Source of the DNA: an uncultured Clostridia bacterium
GTDB lineage: Bacteria > Bacillota > Clostridia > TANB77 > CAG-508
Assembly (NCBI GenBank): GCA_947632145.1
Contig: CANRNW010000005.1
Coordinates: forward strand, 1-56,671
Length of the DNA: 56,671 nucleotides
Direction: 5' to 3'
Position 1 is the first letter of the stretch. Every line of letters begins with the position of its first letter. The position numbers and the translations under genes were made by a program. This document shows, piece after piece, positions 1-9,905 of this stretch. The notes beneath the pieces were generated by a model, which was not told the DNA's origin, searched no databases, and was given only the letters and a program-made list of their open reading frames with translations.

Positions 1-99
1 TTTTATCAAAAAAGTTGTGAAACCTCAGAAACAAAGGTAGTTTAACTCAATAAAAAAATAATTTAATTGACACTACCTAAACAAAAATAGGAGGAATAT

Positions 100-1816
100 A
101 TGAAAGTTTCAGACTATATTGTAGATTTCCTAATTAAAAGAAATATAACAGATGTATTTGGGTATCCAGGAGGAATGGTTACGCATTTAATGGATTCTTT
201 TGAGAAAAGAAAAAATGAAATTAATGCACATACTAATTATCATGAACAAGCTGCTAGCTTTGCAGCATGTGGATATGCCCAAATAACTAATAATGTAGGA
301 GTGGCATATGCTACAAGTGGACCACGGTGCTACAAACTTAATAACTGGAATAGCAAATGCATATTTTGATTCAATACCAACAATATTTATAACAGGACAA
401 GTTAATACATATGAATTAAAAGGAACAAAACGAATAAAACAGAACGGGTTTCAAGAAACTAATATAGTTGATATGGTAAAATCTATAACAAAATATGCTA
501 AACAAATAACAAATGAGAACGAGGTTCCTAATGAATTAGAAAATGCATACAGAGTAGCAATGGAAGGAAGAAAAGGTCCGGTTTTATTAGATATACCTAT
601 GGATGTGCAAAGAAAAGATATTAATCTAAATACTAATTGTGCAATACTAAAAGAGAATAGAAATATTGATTATGAAGATATAATCGAGAAAATATATATG
701 AATTTAAAAGATAGTAAAAGACCATTAGTAATAGCAGGAGCAGGAATAGACTTAGCAGGAATAAATAATGAATTTAAAGCGTTAGTAAAAAAATTAAAAA
801 TACCAGTTGTAACCAGTATGATTGCAATAGATGTACAAAATAATGATTCAATATATAATTATGGATTTATAGGGGCATATGGACACAGATATGCTAATTT
901 TATGACAGAAAAAGCTGATGTAATAATAACTATGGGAACTAGACTAGATTGTAGACAAGTAGGAAATAATAGAGAAAAATTCGCAACTAATGCTAAAATA
1001 TTGAGAATTGATATTGACTCTAATGAGTTTGATAATAAAATAGATAGTAAAGAAATTCAGATAAAAGCAGATATAGAACAAATTATTAAAGCAATGCTAA
1101 AAGATGATAGATTTTCATTTGAAGATAAGTTTAAAGAATGGAATAGTGAAGCACAAATAATAAAAGATAGATTAAAGAATTTAGATAAGCAACCAGAAAA
1201 TGACATAATAGAGAAAATAAGTGAAATGTTAGAAGAAAATTGTATAGTAACTACAGATGTTGGTCAAAATCAAGTCTGGGTAGCTCAATCATTTAAAGTA
1301 AAAGAAGGACAAAGAATATTATTTTCCGGTGGGCACGGAAGTATGGGGTACTCATTACCAGCTGCTATAGGAGCATATTATGCAAGTAAATCTCCTATAG
1401 TATGTTTTACTGGAGATGGTGGCTTACAAATGAATATACAAGAACTTCAATTTTTAGCGACTACAAGAATACCAATAAAAATTATTGTATTAAACAATTA
1501 TGCTTTAGGAATGATTAGGCATTTTCAGGAAATGTATTTTAATAGTGTTTATACACAGACAATAAAGTCAAGAGGTTATGAAAGCCCAGATTTCTGTAAA
1601 ATAGCTAATGCATATGGAGTTGCTACTTTAAATATGAATAATTTAAATGAAAAAGATAAATTGAGAGATATGTTAAATAATAACGAACCATCATTAATAC
1701 AAATAAATATAGATAAAAATACGTATATATATCCAAAATTATCAGTAAATAATCCAATATACAATCAAGATCCTAAGTTAGATGAAAGCTTGATAAAAGA
1801 ATTATTAAATATGTAA
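100..1816 (+). CDS. Thiamine-diphosphate-dependent enzyme (acetolactate-synthase large-subunit-like); one gene split by a +1 frame break at in-frame CGG 325-327
   Basis: Track ORFs 100..369 and 308..1816 are two halves of one protein. The first frame ends ...GVAYATSGP and the +1 frame continues GATNLITGIANAYFDSIPTIFITGQV, the canonical SGPGATN motif of ThDP enzymes. A C-terminal ThDP-binding motif is present (FTGDGGLQMNIQEL...LNN). RBS aggagg lies upstream of ATG 100. Confidence 0.8.
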
Positions 1817-1863
1817 TAAAATAAATGATATTTTAAAATTTTTGGTAGAAAGGAAAAAAGTTT

Positions 1864-2931
1864 ATGAACGAACTTTCTAATAAAATTATAATAGAAGATA
1901 TGAAAAAAATATTTAGTGCAAACATAGATTGGAATAGAATAAATGGAAAAACTATATTTGTAACCGGGGCTACTGGAATGTTAGCAACATATATTATTTA
2001 TTTTTTAATTTATTTAAATGAAAAAATAGAAAACTTTAATGTTAATATAATAGCAGGAATACGTAATAAAGAAAAATGTATAAAAAAGTTTGGAAAATAT
2101 ATTGACAAGAAATATTTTAATTATTATTTAGGAGATATAAATAGAGAGATAGATATTAAACAAAAAGTAGATTTTATTATACATGCAGCAAGTATTGCTA
2201 TGACTGAATATTATTCAGTATATCCAATAGATGTTATATTACCTAATGTAATTGGTACTAATAATTTATTAGATTTTGCAGAAAAAAATAATTCAGATAG
2301 TTTTTTATTTTTTAGTTCAGATGTAATTTATGGTAAGATAGATGAAAATAAAGATGTAAAAGAAGATGATTATGGTAAAATAGATACATTGAATATTAAT
2401 AGTTGCTATGCTGAAAGTAAGAGATTGGGTGAAACATTATGTAGGGCATATTTTAAGCAAAAAAATGTAAATACCAAAATAGTTAGAATATCACATACAT
2501 ATGGACCTACTATAGATTTAGAAAATGACCATAGAGTATTTGCAGAATTTATAAAAAATATAATAAATAATCAAAATATAATAATGAAAAGCGATGGTAA
2601 TGCTATTAGAAGTTTTTGTTATTTATCAGATGCAACTGAAGCATTTTTTAGAATACTATTAGATGGAAAAAAAGGTGAAGCATATAATATGTGCAATACA
2701 GATTGTAGAATATCTATAAAAGAGTTAGCTGATATATTGGTGAGATTATTTCCGGAAAAAAATTTAAGAGTCGAGCAAAGAGCGAGAGAAAAGTCTGATA
2801 ACTATATAGAAAATAAATTTGTAGTAAATTCTACTATTAGTAATGAAAAATTGAAAAGTTTAGGATGGAAACCACAATTTAATATAGAAGAAGGATTTTC
2901 TAGAACAATAAAAAGTTATATGGAAAAATAA
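1864..2931 (+). CDS. NAD-dependent epimerase/dehydratase (extended SDR)
   Basis: N-terminal Rossmann motif VTGATGMLATY and catalytic YAESK (YxxxK). RBS aaaggaaaaaag upstream. 355 aa. Confidence 0.85.
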   Translation: MNELSNKIIIEDMKKIFSANIDWNRINGKTIFVTGATGMLATYIIYFLIYLNEKIENFNVNIIAGIRNKEKCIKKFGKYIDKKYFNYYLGDINREIDIKQKVDFIIHAASIAMTEYYSVYPIDVILPNVIGTNNLLDFAEKNNSDSFLFFSSDVIYGKIDENKDVKEDDYGKIDTLNINSCYAESKRLGETLCRAYFKQKNVNTKIVRISHTYGPTIDLENDHRVFAEFIKNIINNQNIIMKSDGNAIRSFCYLSDATEAFFRILLDGKKGEAYNMCNTDCRISIKELADILVRLFPEKNLRVEQRAREKSDNYIENKFVVNSTISNEKLKSLGWKPQFNIEEGFSRTIKSYMEK

Positions 2932-2941
2932 GGAGTATAAA

Positions 2942-3877
2942 ATGAAAAAAATTAGTATTGTAATACCATGTTATAATGAAGAAGATAATGTTGTAGAAAT
3001 AAGTAAAGCTATTATAAATGAATTTAATCAAGAACTAAAAGATTATGATTATGAAATAATATTTATAGATAATCATTCAAAAGATAAAACTAAAGTATTA
3101 ATATCAGAACTATGCAGAAAAAATAAAAAAATAAAAGCAATATTTAATGCAAAAAATTTTGGACAATTTAATTCTCCATATTATGGATTAATAAATTCAA
3201 CGGGTGATTGTACAATATTAGTGTGCGCAGATTTTCAAGATCCAATAGAAATGATACATGAATTTGTATATGAATGGGAAAAGGGATATAAAATTGTAAT
3301 AGGAATAAAACGCAAAAGTCAAGAAAATAAATTAATGTATTTTTTACGTTCTTGCTATTATAAATTAATTAAAAAAATATCTGAAACAGAACAAATAGAA
3401 CATTTTACTGGATTTGGATTATATGATAAAAGTTTTATAGAAGTATTAAAAAATTTAAATGATCCAACACCATTTTTAAGGGGAATTGTAGCAGAACTAG
3501 GTTTTGAAAGAAAAGAAATAGAATATGAACAGAAAAAAAGAAGGGCTGGAAAAACAAAAAATAATTTTTATAGTTTATATGATGCAGCAATGTTGAGTTT
3601 TACCTCCTATACAAAAATAGGATTAAGATGTGCAACATTTTTAGGTGGAATAATTTCATTGATAAGTTTGACTATAGGAATCATATACTTGATTTTAAAA
3701 TTAATATATTGGGATATGTTTGCTGCTGGAACTGCGCCAATATTAATAGGAATATTCTTTTTAGGAGCATTACAAATATTTTTTATAGGTATTTTGGGTG
3801 AGTATATAATGGCTATAAATACAAGAGTAATGAAAAGGCCATTAGTAATAGAAGAAAAAAGAATCAATTTTGAATAA
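2942..3877 (+). CDS. Family-2 glycosyltransferase, polyprenyl-phosphate sugar transferase type (ArnC/GtrB-like) with two C-terminal TM helices
   Basis: ISIVIPCYNEEDN start, a DNHSKD segment and a CADFQDP (DxD-like) motif. Hydrophobic C-terminus (GGIISLISLTIGIIYLILKLI..., ILIGIFFLGALQIFFIGILGEYI). RBS aaggag upstream. Confidence 0.85.
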   Translation: MKKISIVIPCYNEEDNVVEISKAIINEFNQELKDYDYEIIFIDNHSKDKTKVLISELCRKNKKIKAIFNAKNFGQFNSPYYGLINSTGDCTILVCADFQDPIEMIHEFVYEWEKGYKIVIGIKRKSQENKLMYFLRSCYYKLIKKISETEQIEHFTGFGLYDKSFIEVLKNLNDPTPFLRGIVAELGFERKEIEYEQKKRRAGKTKNNFYSLYDAAMLSFTSYTKIGLRCATFLGGIISLISLTIGIIYLILKLIYWDMFAAGTAPILIGIFFLGALQIFFIGILGEYIMAINTRVMKRPLVIEEKRINFE

Positions 3878-4006
3878 ATTATAATTTATTATTTTTTTAG
3901 TACCATAATAGTATATTAGTGACATTTAAAAGATAATTTGATAAAAAATGAGTATATTTCATAGATAATAAATTAACCAATTAATAAATTCTTTTAGGGG
4001 GAATAA

Positions 4007-5116
4007 ATGTATAAAATTAAAGTAATGACAATTTTTGGAACAAGACCAGAAGCAATAAAAATGGCACCACTTGTAAAAGAATTAAAGAAAAGAAAAGAAA
4101 TAGAATGTATAGTTTGTGTAACTGCACAACATAGACAGATGTTAGATCAAGTATTAAAAGTGTTTAATATTATACCAAATTATGATTTAAATATTATGAA
4201 ACAAGGACAAACTTTAAGCGATATAACCAGTAGAGCGTTGAAGGGAATAGAAGAAGTTATATTAAAAGAAAAACCTAATATAGTTTTAGTTCATGGAGAT
4301 ACAACAACAACATTTGCAGGAGCACTTGCCGCATATTATACTCAAACAGATATTGGTCATATTGAAGCAGGACTTAGAACATGGAATAAATATTCACCAT
4401 ATCCAGAGGAAATGAATAGACAAATGGTTGGAATTTTAACTGATATGCATTTTGCACCAACAGAAAAAGCTAAACAAAGTTTAATTTCGGAAGGTAAAAA
4501 TGAAAAAAATATTTTCGTTACAGGAAATACTGCAATAGATGCATTACAAACAACAATTAATCCAAATTATTCAAATGAAATTTTTGATTGGGTTGGAAAC
4601 GATAGATTAATTTTAGTTACAGCACATAGAAGAGAAAGCTTAGGAGAAGAAATGCGTCATATGTTTAAAGCAATCAAGAGAGTAGTAGATGAGTTTTCCA
4701 ATGTTAAAGTTATATATCCAGTACATCTAAATCCAAAAGTAAGAGAAGTAGCGGATGAAGTTCTAGGAAATTGTGATAGAATTAAGCTTATAAAACCATT
4801 GGAAGTTTTAGATTTCCATAATTTTATGAATAAAGCGTATTTAATATTAACAGATAGTGGAGGAATACAAGAAGAAGCCCCATCACTTGGAAAGCCTGTA
4901 CTCGTATTAAGAAAAGTAACAGAACGACCAGAAGGAATAGATGCTGGAACTCTAAAATTGGCAGGGACAGATGAAGAAACAATATATGAATTGACAAAAA
5001 AATTATTAACAGATAAAAGCATATATGAAAGTATGAGTAAGGCATCTAATCCTTATGGAGATGGAAAAGCAAGTATAAGAATAGCTGATGCAATAATTGA
5101 AAGATATTGTAAATAA
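4007..5116 (+). CDS. wecB: UDP-N-acetylglucosamine 2-epimerase (non-hydrolysing)
   Basis: IKVMTIFGTRPEAIKMAPLV, VCVTAQHRQMLDQV, HGDTTTTFAGALAAYY, HIEAGLRT and TDSGGIQEEAPSLGKPVLVLR are all hallmark WecB/MnaA motifs. Confidence 0.92.
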   Translation: MYKIKVMTIFGTRPEAIKMAPLVKELKKRKEIECIVCVTAQHRQMLDQVLKVFNIIPNYDLNIMKQGQTLSDITSRALKGIEEVILKEKPNIVLVHGDTTTTFAGALAAYYTQTDIGHIEAGLRTWNKYSPYPEEMNRQMVGILTDMHFAPTEKAKQSLISEGKNEKNIFVTGNTAIDALQTTINPNYSNEIFDWVGNDRLILVTAHRRESLGEEMRHMFKAIKRVVDEFSNVKVIYPVHLNPKVREVADEVLGNCDRIKLIKPLEVLDFHNFMNKAYLILTDSGGIQEEAPSLGKPVLVLRKVTERPEGIDAGTLKLAGTDEETIYELTKKLLTDKSIYESMSKASNPYGDGKASIRIADAIIERYCK

Positions 5117-5194
5117 ATATGCAGTAAGATTCAGATAAAATAAAGATGAGATTTTTTGCATTATTTAAAATAGAAAAATTTTTCTCAAAACCCC

Positions 5195-5222
5195 TTGCAT
5201 AAAAAATATATTGTGCTATAAT
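5195..5222 (+). promoter_or_regulatory. Sigma-A-type promoter (TTGCAT, 16-nt spacer, extended -10 TGcTATAAT)
   Basis: ttgcat at 5195-5200 and tgctataat ending at 5222, in the wecB-carA spacer. Confidence 0.5.
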
Positions 5223-5270
5223 AGTGCAAGTGAAATTTATATAAAAGTGTCAAAAATGGGGGTATTTTAG

Positions 5271-5354
5271 ATGAATTTAGTACATATGTCAACAAAATCA
5301 ATAAAAGAAAAATTTAATGGCACTTTTGTTTCTAATTGTATATATTGTTATTAA
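5271..5354 (+). CDS. 27-aa ORF (MNLVHMSTKSIKEKFNGTFVSNCIYCY) in a short stand-alone transcription unit; could instead be a non-coding RNA or leader
   Basis: G-rich RBS (atggggg) lies 8 nt upstream of the ATG. The stop overlaps the stem of an intrinsic terminator. No homology recognised. Confidence 0.3.
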   Translation: MNLVHMSTKSIKEKFNGTFVSNCIYCY

Positions 5355-5383
5355 AGAGATTGTTTTTTCAATCTCTTTTTTTT
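5353..5383 (+). terminator. Intrinsic terminator
   Basis: aaagagattg / caatctcttt 10-bp stem with a tttttt loop, followed by a T-run. Confidence 0.75.
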
Positions 5384-5450
5384 GAAAAAATAATCAGCAT
5401 ATTGCATTGCTACTTTTAAAACTAACAATAGAAAGGGTGAAATAATAAAA

Positions 5451-6512
5451 ATGGTAGGCTATTTAGTATTAGAAAATGGAGATGTATTTGAAGGAGAAAG
5501 GATTGGATTTATAAAAGATACAATATGTGAGGTAGTATTTAATACATCTATGGTAGGTTATCCAGAGGTGTTTACAGACCCATCATATTGTGGACAAGGT
5601 ATGTGTATGACATATCCTTTAATTGGAAATTATGGAATAATACCAGAAGATTACGAATCTAAAAAAATGTGGATGAGTGCAATATTTATACACGAGTTAG
5701 CACCATTACCAAGTAATTTTAGAACACAAAAGACTTTGAACGAATTTTTAGTAGAAAATGAAGTTCCAGGATTAACAAAAATAAATACAAGAAAGTTAAC
5801 AAAAGTATTAAGAAATGCTGGAACAATGAAGGGAATGTTAACTGAAGATATAAGCAATATAGACAAAATAATAGAAAAGATAAAAAATGAAAAGATAACA
5901 GGATTGGTCGATAAGGTAACAAGTGAAAAAATTTATACAGTTGGAAATGGAGATATAAAAATAGCTTTAATGGATTATGGAGCAAAAGAAAATATAATAC
6001 GTTGCTTGGTAAAAAGAAATTGCACAGTAACAGTATTTCCAGCAAACACAACAGAAATAAATACAGATGAATTTGATGGAATAATGTTATCAAATGGACC
6101 AGGAGATCCAGAAGATTGCAAAATACAAATAGAAACAATAAAAAAATTATATAATTCAAATAAACCTATATTTGGAATATGCTTAGGTCATCAACTAATG
6201 GGACTTGCAACAGGAGCAAAAACAGCAAAACTTAAATATGGACACCGTGGACCAAACCATCCAGTAAAAGATTTGAAAACTGGAAGAGTATATATAACAT
6301 CACAAAACCATGGTTATTACATACTAGAAGATTCAATAAATAATGAAATAGCAGAAGTTTCACACATAAACCTAAACGATGGAACAGTTGAAGGATTAAA
6401 ATATAAAAACAAAAATATAATGACAGTACAATTTCACCCAGAAGCTTGTCCAGGGCCACAAGATTCAGAATATCTATTTGATGAATTTATAAAAATGATA
6501 AAGGAGAAATAA
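5451..6512 (+). CDS. carA: Carbamoyl-phosphate synthase small (glutaminase) subunit
   Basis: LVLENGDVFEGE start, the FTDPSY region, and the class-I amidotransferase triad context GICLGHQL ... HPE. Confidence 0.93.
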   Translation: MVGYLVLENGDVFEGERIGFIKDTICEVVFNTSMVGYPEVFTDPSYCGQGMCMTYPLIGNYGIIPEDYESKKMWMSAIFIHELAPLPSNFRTQKTLNEFLVENEVPGLTKINTRKLTKVLRNAGTMKGMLTEDISNIDKIIEKIKNEKITGLVDKVTSEKIYTVGNGDIKIALMDYGAKENIIRCLVKRNCTVTVFPANTTEINTDEFDGIMLSNGPGDPEDCKIQIETIKKLYNSNKPIFGICLGHQLMGLATGAKTAKLKYGHRGPNHPVKDLKTGRVYITSQNHGYYILEDSINNEIAEVSHINLNDGTVEGLKYKNKNIMTVQFHPEACPGPQDSEYLFDEFIKMIKEK

Positions 6513-6514
6513 CT

Positions 6515-9500
6515 ATGCCAAAAAATAATAAAATAAAAAAAGTATTAGTAATAGGATCACGGACCAATAGTTATAGGTCAAGCAGCAGAATTTGATTATG
6601 CAGGAACACAAGCATGCTCAGAACTAAAAAAAGAAGGAATAGAGGTTGTACTTGTAAACTCAAATCCTGCAACAATAATGACAGATAAGCACATGGCAGA
6701 TAAAATATATATAGAACCATTAACAGTAAAAACAGTGATGAAAATAATAGAAAAAGAAAAACCAGATAGTATATTACCAAACTTAGGTGGTCAAACTGGA
6801 TTGAATTTAGCAATGGAATTAGCAGAAACTGGATTTTTAGAGAAACACCAAGTAACATTACTTGGAACTTCACCTGAGGGAATAAAAAAGGCAGAAGATA
6901 GACAAGCGTTTAAAGATACAATGGAGGAAATTGGAGAACCTTGTATTGCAAGTAAAGTAGTAACAGATGTTGAGTCTGCATTAGATTTTGCAAACGAAAT
7001 TGGATTACCAGTAATAGTAAGACCGGCCTATACACTTGGTGGAACAGGTGGAGGAATTGCCTACACAATGGAAGAATTAGCAGAAACTGCAGCAAATGGA
7101 TTAGATTTGTCTAGAGTGCACCAAGTTTTAATAGAAAAATGTATAGCAGGTTGGAAAGAAATCGAATACGAAGTAATGAGAGACGCAAAAGGAACTTGTA
7201 TAACAATATGTAATATGGAAAACATTGATCCAGTTGGAGTTCACACAGGAGATAGTATAGTTGTTGCACCATCACAAACATTAGCAGATAAAGAATATCA
7301 AATGCTAAGAACTTCAGCAATAAAAATAATATCAGCATTAAAAATAGAAGGTGGATGTAATGTACAATTTGCATTAAATCCAAATAGCTTCGAATATGCA
7401 GTAATAGAGGTAAACCCAAGAGTAAGCCGTTCATCTGCATTAGCATCAAAAGCAACAGGTTACCCAATAGCAAAAGTAGCAACAAAAATTGCTATAGGAT
7501 ATTCATTAGATGAAATACAAAACGAAGTAACTAAGAAAACCTATGCATGCTTTGAGCCAGTTTTGGACTATGTTGTAGTAAAAATACCAAAATGGCCATT
7601 TAACAAATTTTTAACAGCAACAAGAACATTAGGTACACAAATGAAAGCAACAGGAGAAGTAATGGCAATAGCACCAAACTTAGAAGCAGGACTTATGAAG
7701 GCAATACGTTCACTAGAAGAAAATATAGAATGTATGAAGATGTCAAAATTTGAGAAATTAACTAATATAGAAATAATAAAAGAGTTAAACAATATAACAA
7801 ATGAAAGAATATGGGTAATAGCAGAGGCTCTAAGAAGAGGATTAACAATAGAGCATATACACCATATAACAACAATAGATAAGTTCTTTATAAGCAAAAT
7901 AAAGAACTTAGTAGATATGGAAAAAAGCTTATCTTCACAAAAACTAACACCAGAACTTTTAAGAAGAGCAAAAGAGTTAGGCTACACAGATAAGACAATA
8001 GCAGATTTAACAGGAACAAAAGTTGAGGAGATAAAAAGATTAAGAAAACAAAACAACATTATAGCAAATTTTAAAATGGTTGATACTTGTAGTGCAGAGT
8101 TTGAAGCAAAAACTCCATACTATTATTCAAGTTATGATGAGGAAAATGAAGCAAATATAGATACAGGCAAAAAAAAAATAATGGTATTAGGTTCAGGTCC
8201 AATAAGAATTGGACAAGGAATAGAGTTCGATTATTGTAGTGTACACTCAGTATGGGCATTAAAAAAAGCAGGATATGAAACAATTATAGTAAATAATAAC
8301 CCCGAAACAGTTAGTACAGATTTTGACATAGCAGATAAACTATATTTTGAGCCACTAACTAGTGAAGATGTAGAAAATATAGTAGAAAACGAAAAGCCAT
8401 ATGGTGCAATAGTGCAATTTGGTGGACAAACAGCAATAAAACTAACAAAAGCATTAACTGAAATGGGAGTACAAATATTAGGTACATCAGAAAAAAATAT
8501 GGATAGAGCAGAAGATAGAAAAGAATTTGATGATGCATTAAATAATTGTGGAATACCAAGACCAAAGGGAGAAACAGTATATACAGTAGAAGAGGCTATA
8601 AGGGTTGCAAACAACTTAGAATATCCAGTATTAGTTAGACCATCTTATGTATTAGGTGGACAAGGTATGGCAATAGCTTATGATGACAAAGAAGTTGAAA
8701 TGTTTATAAATGAAATAAACAAAATAGCACAAGAGCACCCAATATTAGTAGATAAATATATGTTAGGAAAGGAACTAGAAGTAGATGCAATATGTGATGG
8801 AGATGATATACTAATACCAGGAATAATGGAGCATCTAGAGAGGGCAGGAGTTCACTCTGGAGATAGTATATCTGTATATCCAACACAAAATATATCAGAG
8901 GAACATCAAAAAACAATAATAGAATACACAGAAAAAATTGCAAAAGAATTAAACGTAATAGGTGTATTAAATATTCAATTTATAATTTGTAAGGGGCAAG
9001 TATATATAATAGAGGTAAATCCTCGTTCTAGTAGAACGGTACCATACATAAGCAAAGTAACAAACCTACCTGTAATAGATATTGCAACAAATGTAATACT
9101 TGGTAAGAAATTAAAAGATATGCCTTATGGAACAGGAATATATAGAAGAAGTGAATACATAGCAATAAAAATGCCAGTATTCTCATTTGAAAAAATAAAA
9201 AATGCAGATACGAGTTTAGGACCAGAAATGAAATCAACTGGAGAAGTACTTGGAGTATCAAAAGACTTTTCAGAGGCTTTATTTAAAGCATTTGTGGGAA
9301 GCGGAATGAAGATACCTGAAAGTGGAAATGTACTAATAACAGTTAGAGATAAAGACAAACCAGAAATATTACCAATTGCAAAGAAATTACAAGAAAAGAA
9401 ATTTAACATATACGCAACAAGTGGTACTGCAAAATATTTAGAAGAAAATGGAGTAAAAGTAAGCGTAGTAGAAAAAATATGGGAAGGACAAAATAGTATA

Positions 9501-9716
9501 TTAGATTTAATGCATTCAGGAATTTTAAACTTTGTTGTAAATACACCAACAAAGGGTAAAGTTGAAAGTAGAGATGGATTCAGAATAAGAAGAACAGCAG
9601 TAGAATGTAAAATACCATTGTTTACAGCAATAGATACAGTAAATGCCTTAATGGATGTTATAGAGCATAATAAAAACGAAGAGCAGATAGAGGCTGTAAA
9701 TATAATAGATGTTTAA
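6515..9716 (+). CDS. carB: Carbamoyl-phosphate synthase large subunit; frame break (+1) at in-frame CGG 6560-6562
   Basis: ATG 6515 lies 2 nt after the carA stop. It gives MPKNNKIKKVLVIGS, and the +1 frame then continues GPIVIGQAAEFDYAGTQACSELKKEGIEVVLVNSNPATIMTD, the canonical CarB N-terminus, joining track ORF 6678..9716 (two ATP-grasp halves plus an MGS-like tail). Confidence 0.9.
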
Positions 9717-9764
9717 TATTGCTAATGTATACTAACAACCCAAAATCAACTGATACACCAATAC

Positions 9765-9795
9765 TGTAGGGGCGCATGATTGCGCCCTTTATACT
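9765..9795 (+). terminator. GC-rich hairpin terminator after carB (copy 1 of an identical 25-nt element)
   Basis: gggcgca-tgat-tgcgccc stem-loop followed by tttatactttt. The 25-nt core is identical to 19200-19224. Confidence 0.7.
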
Positions 9796-9905
9796 TTTAT
9801 AAAATTAAAAATTGAAATATGTTTGAATAATATAAATTTTTATGATAAAATATATTCCAAATTTGTATGGATGGCTAATTGGTCATCTAAAAAAGGAGAA
9901 AATCA

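Noticed and set aside
100-369. Treating 100..369 and 308..1816 as two separate genes (likewise the split pieces of carB, mtaB, polA and the kinase)
   Set aside because: In each case the two pieces are contiguous parts of one conserved protein, joined precisely at a conserved motif by removing one nucleotide.
5117-5450. PyrR-type or arginine attenuator upstream of carA
   Set aside because: No PyrR binding-loop consensus or ARG box was recognised. The region is better described as a separate mini transcription unit (reported as a finding).
9796-9905. T-box leader upstream of argS
   Set aside because: The leader is only approx. 70 nt after a plausible promoter. I could find no specifier/antiterminator architecture and no T-box consensus.
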